Source of the DNA: Patescibacteria group bacterium
GTDB taxonomy: Bacteria; Patescibacteriota; Minisyncoccia; Phycocordibacterales; Phycocordibacteraceae
Assembly: GCA_019752595.1 (NCBI GenBank)
Contig: JAIELV010000001.1
Span: 312,486-376,485, forward strand
Direction of reading: 5' to 3'
Length of the DNA stretch: 64,000 bases
A model generated the notes under the pieces. That model was not told the origin of the DNA, ran no database searches, and saw only the letters and a program-made list of their open reading frames with translations. Made by a program: the position numbers and the translations under genes. Positions 29,041 through 38,788 of this stretch are shown piece after piece (position 1 is the first letter of the stretch; the number at the start of each line of letters is the position of its first letter).

Positions 29041-29059
29041 GATTCCCTCATCGCCCGCA
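29041..29059 (+). repeat. Direct duplicate of the 19-nt 3' end of tRNA-Trp (gattccctcatcgcccgca)
   Basis: Identical to 28894-28912. 128-bp hairpin-rich spacer between the copies. Confidence 0.8.
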
Positions 29060-29069
29060 TTCGAGTTTT

Positions 29070-29095
29070 AAAAAAGCCCCTCTTCGGGGCTTTTT
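29070..29095. terminator. Bidirectional terminator hairpin gcccc-tcttc-ggggc with A/T runs
   Basis: Lies between tRNA-Trp (+) and rpmG (-). Confidence 0.55.
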
Positions 29096-29096
29096 G

Positions 29097-29252
29097 TTAT
29101 TTCTTCGTTTCTTTGAAGACTTCGCGTTTCCGAGTCTTCGGATTGTATTTCTTGAGAGAAAGTTTCGCATTCGCAAGCTTCTTCTTATTCTTTCTCGACC
29201 ACACAATATGGCCCGAGGCAGACTTCAGTTTTACGAGATTATCCTGTGACAT
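29097..29252 (-). CDS. rpmG: 50S ribosomal protein L33
   Basis: 51-aa ORF below the ORF-track cutoff: MSQDNLVKLKSASGHIVWSRKNKKKLANAKLSLKKYNPKTRKREVFKETKK. Aligns with the L33 consensus ([14 protein letters not shown]..KNKR...KLELKKFDP..R.HV.YKEAK). Confidence 0.8.
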   Translation of the reverse strand: MSQDNLVKLKSASGHIVWSRKNKKKLANAKLSLKKYNPKTRKREVFKETKK

Positions 29253-29285
29253 AGTGAATGACTATAGCTGAAAACGTGAATAGGG

Positions 29286-29837
29286 TCAAATCTCTCGTAA
29301 TACAACACTTCCAGTGCAAAAACTAAACCCAAGATTTTGACCAAAATAATCTGCATCAACACTCATCGGCACCGTAACGGAATATATAAGGTCGCACGCC
29401 TCTTCCTTGCTGATTTTAAAGCGCGCAAGTAAGTCATCTTCAGCCATACGCCTCGTTTTTCCTATAGGCTGTTCAAACAGTGTGACGGTCAAACTCTTGT
29501 CGGTGTCGAGGTAATACATGCTGTACGGCGTAGAACTGCCGACGTCCCCATTTTGCGTAAGCTCATAATATCCAGGAGCGACGCTCGTATCGACAGATGC
29601 AACCTTGCGCACTTCGCCAGAGAACTTCTTCATCGCTTCGTTTTCTACAACCGCAACTGGCTTTGTTCCTCCTCCGCCTGATGTACCTGAAGTTCCGAAC
29701 GGGTCAACAATAGTAGAAGGTGTTTGCCCTTCTCCTCCGCTATCGCTACTCAAAAGCGGTAAAAAGAAATAGAGGAAAACGCCACCACCTACTATGAGGG
29801 CGATAACGATTCCGAGCATGGTGTATCTTAAATCCAT
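29286..29837 (-). CDS. Membrane-anchored hypothetical protein
   Basis: N-terminal TM, Gly/Ser/Thr-rich linker. Confidence 0.45.
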   Translation of the reverse strand: MDLRYTMLGIVIALIVGGGVFLYFFLPLLSSDSGGEGQTPSTIVDPFGTSGTSGGGGTKPVAVVENEAMKKFSGEVRKVASVDTSVAPGYYELTQNGDVGSSTPYSMYYLDTDKSLTVTLFEQPIGKTRRMAEDDLLARFKISKEEACDLIYSVTVPMSVDADYFGQNLGFSFCTGSVVLREI

Positions 29838-29849
29838 ATTTTTATTTTA

Positions 29850-30803
29850 CTATCGAATACCGCATGTTCGAGCTGCAGTCCAATCGGTGCTGAAGTTTCT
29901 ACCTGCTGCGCCCCAAATCTGCTGGGCGGTTGCGATGTTGCATGCAGCAACTTCAAGTGACTGTTTACACCTATTGTACACATCTTCGTTAACAATTAAC
30001 TTTTGGTTCGAATTGCACCTCTCGGCATTGTTCGGGCATGCAAACGCACTTGGGCATTCATGAACTCCTCGGCCGCTCGGCGTACATTCGGGTGCAGTTA
30101 AGCGGTGCACTGTTGCATTTATCTGAAATAACCCAAAGCTAAATAGTCTTCTTTGTGGGTCATTCACGAGTATGTCAGTACGGCGCGTTGGTCTATTCGC
30201 AGCACCGCTTTCTGCCAAACAAACCGCAGCCGCTTGGTTTGCTTGGTCTCCGAAACCACCCATACTGCTTACGCTGCAAAGCCCATTTGTTGGTGAATTG
30301 CATTGGCGTGTTCCCGTCCCAGTTGCTCCAGCCCCTCCCTGTACGGGCCTCGGCGGAAGACTGGCACCTCGCGGATAGCTCAGACACTGAATATCCCTGG
30401 ATAATGCCCACGTACCTCCTGTAATGGTTTGCATCAAAATATCAACCACGAGCCACGCTGCAAGAATAAGCACAATACCGCCCAAAGTTTTAGTGAAAAT
30501 GCCGTGCGCTTTCTTTATGTTTTCAGGCGAAGAGGCTGCGGTGTAATACATGAACCCCGCATACGCAAACAGAAGTGTTGCCGCTATGACGGAGAAGGCA
30601 ATCGAGAAGTTTATAAGGTTCCTTGCGAGCGACACCAAATCGCATAACTGACACGCACCAATAAAGCCGCCGTTCTGAGAGGCAAAACATGTAGGAACTA
30701 ACGGCCCATCTAAAGGTCCTGCGAGCGCGGGCTCTGGAAGTGCGAAGCTGAAAACAAAGGCGAGAAACAGCGCGGAGAGAACCGCCACCTGTACTAACTT
30801 CAT
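29850..30803 (-). CDS. TrbC/VirB2-like pilin N-terminal region fused to a lysozyme-like (SLT lytic transglycosylase-like) C-terminal domain
   Basis: Start at internal MKLVQVAVLSALFL (signal peptide). Two TM helices as in the VirB2-like paralogs. C-terminal CLAESG...FGLFQIN resembles the SLT catalytic E-S and GLMQ motifs. Confidence 0.5.
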   Translation of the reverse strand: MKLVQVAVLSALFLAFVFSFALPEPALAGPLDGPLVPTCFASQNGGFIGACQLCDLVSLARNLINFSIAFSVIAATLLFAYAGFMYYTAASSPENIKKAHGIFTKTLGGIVLILAAWLVVDILMQTITGGTWALSRDIQCLSYPRGASLPPRPVQGGAGATGTGTRQCNSPTNGLCSVSSMGGFGDQANQAAAVCLAESGAANRPTRRTDILVNDPQRRLFSFGLFQINATVHRLTAPECTPSGRGVHECPSAFACPNNAERCNSNQKLIVNEDVYNRCKQSLEVAACNIATAQQIWGAAGRNFSTDWTAARTCGIR

Positions 30804-30861
30804 TCCTGGATTATACCCTAGCGAAATGTTGGGCGTGTGCAAAGCGGGGTATATTTGATAG

Positions 30862-31677
30862 ATGTCTGAGCAGTACGACGACCTTACCCCAGAAGAACGG
30901 GGAGCAAAACGCCGAGAAATAGCGGACAACCGCCAGGCAAGAGCCCAGGGTGGGAATGAACTAGCGCACCTAGCACCGCGCTCTTCTGATGTTACATACC
31001 GCGTGGATGATTCAAGTGGTGTTTCGATACTCCTGTTGGCAGCCTTCTTTGATATTCTCTCGTTTTTGCCAGTTTTGAACATGGTTGTAACTCCCGTCTC
31101 GCAGATTTTTATTTTTCCTCTTGTTTTCTTTTTTCACAATATTTCCGTCGTCGGGAAAAAAAATTGGATATGGTATTTGCTCGCCTGGGTGATTGAAATG
31201 ATTCCGTTTGTCAGCATGTTCCCTACCATTACTCTTATGGCATTTCGCATCATCGCGATCTCGCGTATAGAGGACAAGCTCGGAGCATTAAACCTCGTCG
31301 CAAATACTCGGCAAGCAAAAGCAGCTGCACGGCTAACGATGCAAAAAGGAAGGCAAGCAATTGCAGATCAAGAAAGGCGTGCAGTTGAAAAAGCTGGGCA
31401 AAGAAAAGATGGTACGAAAGATGCAGATAAATCTAAAGAAAAACAAGGAAGGATTACCGACCGACGAGCTGATTTGAACAAATCACTCTCAGGAATGAAA
31501 TCAGGTAAGAATGATGAGTATATGAACTACGCAACAGGAGAAGATGCGAAAAAACCAAGGTGGCAAGGCACGCCTGGCAACAGAGGAATGTTTCAAGGTG
31601 ATCAAAAAATGCGCGGAGCACCACCGCAAAGCGCTCCCGCGAGCGACAATTTTTCAGGCGTCGACAGAGACGAGTAA
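30862..31677 (+). CDS. Polytopic membrane protein with Lys/Arg/Asp-rich C-terminal tail
   Basis: Three to four hydrophobic helices and a low-complexity charged tail. Confidence 0.45.
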   Translation: MSEQYDDLTPEERGAKRREIADNRQARAQGGNELAHLAPRSSDVTYRVDDSSGVSILLLAAFFDILSFLPVLNMVVTPVSQIFIFPLVFFFHNISVVGKKNWIWYLLAWVIEMIPFVSMFPTITLMAFRIIAISRIEDKLGALNLVANTRQAKAAARLTMQKGRQAIADQERRAVEKAGQRKDGTKDADKSKEKQGRITDRRADLNKSLSGMKSGKNDEYMNYATGEDAKKPRWQGTPGNRGMFQGDQKMRGAPPQSAPASDNFSGVDRDE

Positions 31678-31693
31678 GGTAGCTGTCTATTTT

Positions 31694-32455
31694 CTAGGCA
31701 GGCTCTACTAAGAACGTACGTGATTTGCGGTTGTACGACGGAATGGGCTCTGCCTTCAGATGCGGATTCGCTCTCAAGAATTCATTAAACGACTTGTATT
31801 CGCCTTCGCCCTGCAAGTCGAGATCGTTCAACTTCCAATCGTCAAAACAGATAATGGTCGGCTTGGTTATAAATGGACCCACGAAATCCAATACGCTTTT
31901 GGATGAGCTGTATGTGTCACAATCCACGAATACGATTCCAGGATTGTCGATTCCGCACACCTCTGCCGTTTCGGGCGTTAATGTTTCTTGGAAAAGCCCT
32001 TTTACCCACTGAATTTTGTGCGGGTCAATGCCGCGCCGTATAAGACTTTGTTCCATTTCCTCGAACGAACACTTATAGTCTCCGCGCCTCCACACACCAC
32101 CATCCTCGTTTTCTGAACCTTCAGGAAGGCCTTCAAAAGAATCGAAGCCAATAAGAGGCATGCCGACGCCAGCCTTCTCCCGCGCAAGATACATGCTTCC
32201 TATAGAACTTCCGTTAAAAACTCCAAACTCCAGATATTGACCTACATCGCCATCGCGCAAAGCACCCAGAGTTTCGATGCAGTTTCCAAAGAAAGAGATA
32301 AGTTTCTCGGGCGGAACAAGATGCACCTCTGAAACACTTTCAACAGGCAGAGGCCCTTGCGTCCACGGTGAGCGCGGTACGGGACGCACAGCTCGATAGA
32401 CTTTCTTCAATGCTCTTTGAATCGGACTATATTCAAACGGTGATTTTTCTCTCAT
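31694..32455 (-). CDS. Class I SAM-dependent O-methyltransferase (TylF/MycF-like)
   Basis: LEFGVFNGSS SAM-binding motif and acidic downstream motifs. Confidence 0.6.
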   Translation of the reverse strand: MREKSPFEYSPIQRALKKVYRAVRPVPRSPWTQGPLPVESVSEVHLVPPEKLISFFGNCIETLGALRDGDVGQYLEFGVFNGSSIGSMYLAREKAGVGMPLIGFDSFEGLPEGSENEDGGVWRRGDYKCSFEEMEQSLIRRGIDPHKIQWVKGLFQETLTPETAEVCGIDNPGIVFVDCDTYSSSKSVLDFVGPFITKPTIICFDDWKLNDLDLQGEGEYKSFNEFLRANPHLKAEPIPSYNRKSRTFLVEPA

Positions 32456-32458
32456 AAT

Positions 32459-33331
32459 TTATTCGGGCTTTCTCGACATTGATGCTTCGTTTACGTGGTC
32501 CCAGACACCATCTTGCTGAAGGTCGGTAAATAAATCGCCTATAGCGATCCCGTGTTCTTTGAGTACAGAATTTGAGTGGAAACGTATTTGCTTTCTGGTC
32601 TGCATATGTAACCTCACGAAATCAGCTTCTTTTGTAATCACCACGTCAACCGAGGGACTATAACGACCGAAAGCTTCAGGGAAAAATGGACTTCGTACGA
32701 TACCAAAAGAGTTTCGGTTTCCTCTTGTTTTTAAGACCTCTGGACGACGGTCTGCGTAAAATATTGCACTCCCCGCAGTCAATTTCACAAGCGGTACTAT
32801 TTCAGTTGGAGAAATAGGATGCACCAACATTATTTGTGGGCTTTTTGCACCTGCTTTTTTGAATGTACGAATACTTTTTTCTATCCATTCGGCTACATGC
32901 GTAGCCTCACGAGGAAAGGAAGTTCCGCTCTCTTCCATTGAAGCAGCCAAACTTTTACCCGTTAACAGACTCCCAGCATTTTCACCTGTCATTTCATCAA
33001 TCATTGCCGCTCGTTGTTCTGGCTTGAGACGAGCAAAATTGTATGGCATGAAACTGCCCAGACGAAACTCCAATTCGCCCGTAAGAATATCCGCCTGATA
33101 CGGAATCATTAGGTCCTTCAAATCTTTGTTGGACTTCGCTTTCTTGAGGACTTCGGGAGGCATGCGCAACTCGAGCGCGGTCGCTCTGCTGTCGGCGTGA
33201 AAATCTGCAAAACCATTTTTTATAAGCCGAATCCTCTCTCGGCGGTCTTTTGGCAAATCAATATGCAAAATAGAACCCTCTTTACGGCCTTTGGTCTCAA
33301 ATGGACATCTAAAGCGTTTCTCGTCAGCCAC
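32459..33331 (-). CDS. Hypothetical protein
   Basis: 290 aa with no recognised motif. Confidence 0.45.
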   Translation of the reverse strand: MADEKRFRCPFETKGRKEGSILHIDLPKDRRERIRLIKNGFADFHADSRATALELRMPPEVLKKAKSNKDLKDLMIPYQADILTGELEFRLGSFMPYNFARLKPEQRAAMIDEMTGENAGSLLTGKSLAASMEESGTSFPREATHVAEWIEKSIRTFKKAGAKSPQIMLVHPISPTEIVPLVKLTAGSAIFYADRRPEVLKTRGNRNSFGIVRSPFFPEAFGRYSPSVDVVITKEADFVRLHMQTRKQIRFHSNSVLKEHGIAIGDLFTDLQQDGVWDHVNEASMSRKPE

Positions 33332-33430
33332 AGAAAGTGAAAATACAACAGAAAATTGACCTTGTCAAAATTGGGTGCGCCCCGCCCGCCGCGAAAGGCC
33401 AAAAGGATTCGCGGCGGGACTCCCGCAAAA

Positions 33431-33892
33431 TCAAATCTTCTGATACTTCACGGACTTTCCAGTTTTTCCGACTTGCACAATTTTTCCTTCTTTCTCTAAC
33501 TGCGATAGATATCGCGTTGCTGTGGCATCCGAAACGCGGAGCAACTTTTCAACTTGGTTATTCGTTATAGAGCCCTTCTTCGTGATTTCAGTGAGAATCT
33601 TGTCTAGTTTTACTCGCTTGCGGTTTTGTATCACCACCCGCGCCCTCAGTGCCAAATCCCGCGCAAGGTTTACTATTGGCGTGATGATTGAAACTGGAGG
33701 CGGCGGAGCAGTTTGTGGCATCGGCTCAGGAGCGGGAGTCGACTTGTCCTGAGCGGAGTCGAAGGGCCCATTTGCTGGTATTTGAGCCGTTAGTGGTTCT
33801 GGCTGAGCCGTTTGGACTCCTGCAGGAATAGGGATCGGTTCAGATACAGGCGCGGAAGAACTTGAATCTGAAACGGGTGAATCGTCAGGCAT
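33431..33892 (-). CDS. Winged-helix DNA-binding protein with Pro/Ser-rich N-terminus
   Basis: C-terminal ITNNQVEKLLRVSDATATRYLSQLEKEGKIV HTH. Confidence 0.5.
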   Translation of the reverse strand: MPDDSPVSDSSSSAPVSEPIPIPAGVQTAQPEPLTAQIPANGPFDSAQDKSTPAPEPMPQTAPPPPVSIITPIVNLARDLALRARVVIQNRKRVKLDKILTEITKKGSITNNQVEKLLRVSDATATRYLSQLEKEGKIVQVGKTGKSVKYQKI

Positions 33893-33975
33893 GGCTCAAT
33901 TCTAATATGCCAAACGGCTCACATAGTCAGTGCATATATTCTTGCAAAAACTTGACAGATGTGGTATACTAGAAA

Positions 33976-34368
33976 CTAGTTGAACTTTAGGGAAAAATTG
34001 TACATTCCCATCGCGCATAACCCTTGTACTGTTGCGCCTACTTTTTGAGGAGGAATTTCTATATCGGTTGTTCCTGACGGAGGCAGGTTTTCTCTATAGC
34101 CGACAGCAGGAATAGTAAGTGCAGATGAACAGTCAAATGTTCCGTTTGTAGCTACACGAAGGATAGTTGGAATCCCCGCTTTCGCTTGTGTTTGTTGCGG
34201 TGCGTAACCGCCTTTCGCATCAATCTCAATAACCTGTTTCCCATTCTCCATGGTGACGTTGTTGTTTGAGAGTGGTTGGTTTGAAGCAGGACTGTTAGAC
34301 AGGAAAACTGCTCCGGCTATCAAAATTCCTGCAAAAACAATAGAAATAACTGTGGCATTCATTTTCAT
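33976..34368 (-). CDS. Secreted cupredoxin-like domain protein (putative)
   Basis: Signal anchor. C-terminal CAMGMYNF resembles the cupredoxin_1 C-x-MGM motif. Weak. Confidence 0.35.
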   Translation of the reverse strand: MKMNATVISIVFAGILIAGAVFLSNSPASNQPLSNNNVTMENGKQVIEIDAKGGYAPQQTQAKAGIPTILRVATNGTFDCSSALTIPAVGYRENLPPSGTTDIEIPPQKVGATVQGLCAMGMYNFSLKFN

Positions 34369-34374
34369 ACTGTA

Positions 34375-35394
34375 CTAGAAATTAAACATAGGTGGGATTA
34401 AACCAATAATTACAAGGCTGTTTATGAGATTAAACAGAGCGAAGAAGATGACGACAAGCCCCGCGGTTTTGAAGAAAACGCCAGACTTTGCTTTATTCTG
34501 AATGCCGAGTGAGCTAAAACTAAGAAGCGCGAGTACGGGCAACGTGCCGAGAGCGAACACGAACATAGTCGTTGCGCCTCCCCAGAAGCTTCCCGTTGTG
34601 AGCGAATAAATCTGCATGGACTGCGTAAATCCGCATGGAAGAAAGAAGGTCAAAACTCCCAAAAGAACCGGGGTGAGCGTATGGTTAAGTTTTTTTACTT
34701 CAAGCAAATGGTTTGATATGAATTTGGGCAAGGTTGGTTGCAGTTTTTTCGCCCACGGAAATACATCGAGAAGATTAATACCTAAGATAAGCATCACAAA
34801 CGCAACAACGAAGCTCATCACAAAGGTTCCAGTTGCTCCAAGCTGAAATGCAGACCCAAGAGTGCCGATCAGGCCTCCAAGGATAAAGAACGAAACAAGC
34901 CGTCCGATATGGAACAAGATTTGCGGCTTCACTGCGTCGCCTTCCTTCGCGAAATTCGCTGACACCGAAAGCACCAAACTTCCTACAACAGCCATGCATG
35001 TAGATACTGATGCAATTGCTCCTATCAAAAATGCTGTTCCGTAACTAACGTTCCCGCTTGAAATTAGATTCACAAGTCCCAATTTTTGAAGAATCACAAA
35101 AAGCGCCATGAAGCCCAGAGCGACGGGAAGTGCGATTTTAAAGTCCGACCATTGCACGCCCTTTTGTTCTTTTACAGTGGAAAGCTTATAGCCATGTGGC
35201 TCCATTACTTTTGAAAGCTCGGCGGCTACGTCCTCTGCCTCTCTTTCGCCAAAGTTCCCCTGTACCTCAACGCAACAGGTTTTTAAATCGGCGGCCGCAC
35301 TCTCCACAAGAGCGTGATCCTTGAGTTCAGTTTCAGTTAAAACCACACATGCGTTGCAGTGCATCCCGTGGACATGAAATGTGTATGTTTTCAT
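34375..35394 (-). CDS. Heavy-metal-associated (HMA) domain fused to a DsbD_2/TauE-like polytopic membrane permease
   Basis: N-terminal GMHCNACV HMA motif. Membrane domain with conserved Cys pairs (STCMAVVG, FLPCGFT). Confidence 0.6.
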   Translation of the reverse strand: MKTYTFHVHGMHCNACVVLTETELKDHALVESAAADLKTCCVEVQGNFGEREAEDVAAELSKVMEPHGYKLSTVKEQKGVQWSDFKIALPVALGFMALFVILQKLGLVNLISSGNVSYGTAFLIGAIASVSTCMAVVGSLVLSVSANFAKEGDAVKPQILFHIGRLVSFFILGGLIGTLGSAFQLGATGTFVMSFVVAFVMLILGINLLDVFPWAKKLQPTLPKFISNHLLEVKKLNHTLTPVLLGVLTFFLPCGFTQSMQIYSLTTGSFWGGATTMFVFALGTLPVLALLSFSSLGIQNKAKSGVFFKTAGLVVIFFALFNLINSLVIIGLIPPMFNF

Positions 35395-35397
35395 ATG

Positions 35398-36096
35398 CTA
35401 TGTCGTTTTTATGGAAATCGTCTGCCAAGATTGCCATGCGATTCTCATGATAAGCGCCGTGATTATTAAACCAATAAATGGGTCTGCGATAGATATACCT
35501 AAAGCCACGAGAATAGCACTCGCGACGACACCGAGGCTCGTAAGCGCATCAACGCGCGCGTGACTGCCGTCTGCGATAAGTGCGGGACTATTTAATTTTT
35601 TACCTGCTCTGGTGCGGATAATGGCAGCCAACTCATTCCCCAGAAAACCAATAACCCCTGCAACGCCAAGCACCCACAAATGCGTCGGAGTTTCAGGAAG
35701 AAAAAACCGCTGGATAGATTCATAGCCTGCAACGAGTGCGCTCACGAGTACCAAAAATACAACAAAGTACCCAGCCCACTTTTCCCCTCGTACACTTCGG
35801 AAGAAAAATGCCAACCCCAGGGGAATGGCAGTCAATGCATCACCAAAGTTATGAATTAAGTCCGCCAGAAGCGCGACACTATTGCTATACATAAAAATGC
35901 CGAACTGGAGTCCTGCCGTTATGAAAAGTACGAGCAAGCTCAGGGCCACCGCCCTTACTCCCTCTTGCGACCGAACAATACTTGCGTCAACGAGACCATG
36001 CGTGTGACCGTGCCCCTCCACATGTTCGTGATGATGATGTTCTGCTTCAGGTTTGTGATTGTGCATACTTATTTTGATTTCATCAACTTCAGCCAT
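35398..36096 (-). CDS. Cation diffusion facilitator (CDF) family transporter, membrane domain only, His-rich N-terminus
   Basis: HHHHEHVEGHGHTHG tract. ALLADLIHNFGDALT and TALIMRIA CDF motifs. Confidence 0.7.
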   Translation of the reverse strand: MAEVDEIKISMHNHKPEAEHHHHEHVEGHGHTHGLVDASIVRSQEGVRAVALSLLVLFITAGLQFGIFMYSNSVALLADLIHNFGDALTAIPLGLAFFFRSVRGEKWAGYFVVFLVLVSALVAGYESIQRFFLPETPTHLWVLGVAGVIGFLGNELAAIIRTRAGKKLNSPALIADGSHARVDALTSLGVVASAILVALGISIADPFIGLIITALIMRIAWQSWQTISIKTT

Positions 36097-36473
36097 TCTT
36101 TCCAGAAAAAGAATCCGAGTATGTAAAGGGGTATCGCCGTAACCAAACCGGGGTAATAACCGCCCATTGCGATTGCTTTATATGCATGATGCAACTCGTA
36201 CACAAATATAATTCCAGGAATGAGCATTAAACGAAACTGCCATTTTGGTCCTAGCAAAAGTAAATAACTGATTATGAGCGTCAGCCATAACATAATCTGA
36301 AAAAGTACGAACAAACCTTGCAGGGTTGGGAGATTCGCGAGCCATCCAAAGGCAAATGCGACATGCGAATCAATGGCATAGAAGCCGGTATATATTTCTT
36401 CCAAGCCGTGAGCTATAAAGAGTGGGGCTGAGAAAACGAAAAGTATCTTTAACCTATTTGAAATCATACTCAA
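36069..36473 (-). CDS. HXXEE domain-containing membrane protein
   Basis: HGLEEI (H-x-x-E-E) near the N-terminus and four TM helices. Overlaps the CDF gene by 28 nt. Confidence 0.55.
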   Translation of the reverse strand: MSMISNRLKILFVFSAPLFIAHGLEEIYTGFYAIDSHVAFAFGWLANLPTLQGLFVLFQIMLWLTLIISYLLLLGPKWQFRLMLIPGIIFVYELHHAYKAIAMGGYYPGLVTAIPLYILGFFFWKEWLKLMKSK

Positions 36474-38785
36474 AGTTTTGCATTCTTTAGTCTCAATGAG
36501 TTAAGAACTACCGTGATACTTTCAAATGCCATGATTGACCCAGCGATAGCAGGGCTCAACATCCATCCAAACCATGGAAACAGGACACCTGCAGCAATCG
36601 GAATACCAACCGAATTGTAGCCGAAGGACCAAATCAGGTTTTGCCACACCGTTCTATTTGTTTTTTTGGCAAGGTTTACTGCTTCAGCCACTTTTCCGAT
36701 ATCCCCCTTCAAGAGCACGATGTCAGAGCTTTCAATCGCTATGTCAGACCCGTCGCTCATGGAAATTGCAACATCAGCCTGAGCAAGCGCGGGGGCGTCA
36801 TTGACTCCATCACCAATCATCGCAACTATAAGACCTTCTTTTTGCAAGGACGTGATTATGGCAAGTTTGTCTCCCGGCTGTACATCCGTAAATACTTCAC
36901 TAATACCAAGACTCTTCGCGACTGCTTCTCCGGTTTTTTTATGATCTCCAGTAGCCATGATTACCCGCAGTCCAAGTGACTTCAGTTTTGCAATTTCTTT
37001 ACCAGCAGTTTGCTTTATCGTGTCATGAATCTTTATGAGCGAGAGCACATTTTGTGAATCAGCAAGGTACAGTTCTCGTCCATCCGTAAAACGCATCTCA
37101 TCAAAATGACTTCTAATGACTTCAGAGGAACGGTTTAAAACTTCTCCGATGTAATCAATTGAGCCGAGATAATATTTATTCTCTCCGATGCGTGCGGAAA
37201 TGCCCTTACCGGGTATTTCTCGTATGTCTGACATAGAAAGTTCTTCAGCGTTTAACTCTTTGAGCCACCTCGCTACGCTTTCCGACACGGGGTGTTTGGA
37301 GGACTTGGTCATTGAATACGCAACGGATCTTTTGAAAGCTGTATCTGCGTCGTTGCACGTATGATTCTTATCCTCACAAAAGATGCCCTCAATAGAAAGT
37401 TTGTTTTCAGTAAGCGTGCCTGTCTTGTCAAAAACGATTGCTTGAACTTTTGAGAGTTTCTCAAGGCTCTCTGCGTTCTTTATGAGAATGCCGCGGCGCG
37501 CACCCACACCAACGCCGGTAATGATCGCTGTTGGGGTTGCAAGACCCAAGGCGCAAGGACACGCAACTACGAGAACTGCCATGGTAGTTGAGAGCGCGAA
37601 CGCAAAGGCTTGCGTAAGCCCCAAGGAGCCAGATGCGAATATAAGCCATGAGGCAAAGGTAACGACCGATACTCCAATCACGACATAGACGAATATCCCC
37701 GAAATCTTGTCGGCGGCGCGTTCTATAGGAGCCTTCGAGTTCTGCGCGTTTTCAACAATACTAATGATGTGGGCGAGCGCTGTGTCTTTGCTGTCTTTTT
37801 CTACACTGATTTTAATCAAACCCTGGAAATTTTGTGTTCCAGAAAATACCATATCCCCGACACCTTTATCGACGGGGATTGATTCTCCTGTTAAATTCGA
37901 CTCGTCAATACTCGAGCCTCCGGCCGTGATTCTCCCGTCAATCGGTATGCGCTCGTTCGGTTTCACAACAACAATATCGCCGACCCTTACCTCGCCGACG
38001 GGTATTTCAATTTCCTTACCATCTCGCTCCACCAATGCAAATTTGCTCGCCAGTTCTGCAAGTTTTGTCAGAGCTTCATTTGTTTTTCGTTTCGCTCGTT
38101 GCTCTAAAAATTGACCAAGTGCAATGAGGCCAATGACCACAATAACTACATCGTAATAATTTGAACTCACATCAATGAATGCCGAGAGTGGCTTTTCGAA
38201 TGCTGTTACCGCAAAGGAATACAGAAACGCCACAATGGTCGAAATACCGACAAGGGTATCCATGCTTGCAACGCCCGTTCTTAAAAAGACCCACGTCGCA
38301 CGGATGTACCTGCGTCCAATACCAAAAAGGACAATAGTGGCAAAAACCGGCATCAAATGGTGAGCAACCTCGTACAGCGTTTCCGACAGTGGAGGCACAA
38401 TGCCGCTACTTTGAAGTACATCCCAGAGCATCATTGCAAACGAGAAAACAACCATCGGAATGACAAACATTAATTCAAACGAGGTATTTTTTTCGCTCTC
38501 ACCAGTGCCTGTGCTCATATTCATGTGGTCGTGTTCCTTCTGTGGCATACCCATTTCAGCAGCCGTCTTCGGGACATCGACAAATGAATAGCCGAAAGGC
38601 ACTATCGTTGAATTCAGCGTTTCAACAGAGAGAGGTTCTTTTGAAAAATTTACCTTTACCTTTTCAGTAGAAAGATTCACCGAGACTGCGTCAACGCCGG
38701 AGACTTTGGAAACGGTATTTTGAATGAGAGACACGCAACTCGCGCAGTGCATTCCCTGAACTTTGTATACGCGTTCTGTTGCCAT
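36470..38785 (-). CDS. copA: Copper-translocating P-type ATPase (P1B)
   Basis: N-terminal HMA GMHCASCV, TM CPC motif VVACPCALGLATP, DKTGTLT phosphorylation site, GDGVNDAP. Confidence 0.9.
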   Translation of the reverse strand: MATERVYKVQGMHCASCVSLIQNTVSKVSGVDAVSVNLSTEKVKVNFSKEPLSVETLNSTIVPFGYSFVDVPKTAAEMGMPQKEHDHMNMSTGTGESEKNTSFELMFVIPMVVFSFAMMLWDVLQSSGIVPPLSETLYEVAHHLMPVFATIVLFGIGRRYIRATWVFLRTGVASMDTLVGISTIVAFLYSFAVTAFEKPLSAFIDVSSNYYDVVIVVIGLIALGQFLEQRAKRKTNEALTKLAELASKFALVERDGKEIEIPVGEVRVGDIVVVKPNERIPIDGRITAGGSSIDESNLTGESIPVDKGVGDMVFSGTQNFQGLIKISVEKDSKDTALAHIISIVENAQNSKAPIERAADKISGIFVYVVIGVSVVTFASWLIFASGSLGLTQAFAFALSTTMAVLVVACPCALGLATPTAIITGVGVGARRGILIKNAESLEKLSKVQAIVFDKTGTLTENKLSIEGIFCEDKNHTCNDADTAFKRSVAYSMTKSSKHPVSESVARWLKELNAEELSMSDIREIPGKGISARIGENKYYLGSIDYIGEVLNRSSEVIRSHFDEMRFTDGRELYLADSQNVLSLIKIHDTIKQTAGKEIAKLKSLGLRVIMATGDHKKTGEAVAKSLGISEVFTDVQPGDKLAIITSLQKEGLIVAMIGDGVNDAPALAQADVAISMSDGSDIAIESSDIVLLKGDIGKVAEAVNLAKKTNRTVWQNLIWSFGYNSVGIPIAAGVLFPWFGWMLSPAIAGSIMAFESITVVLNSLRLKNAKL

Positions 38786-38788
38786 GAA

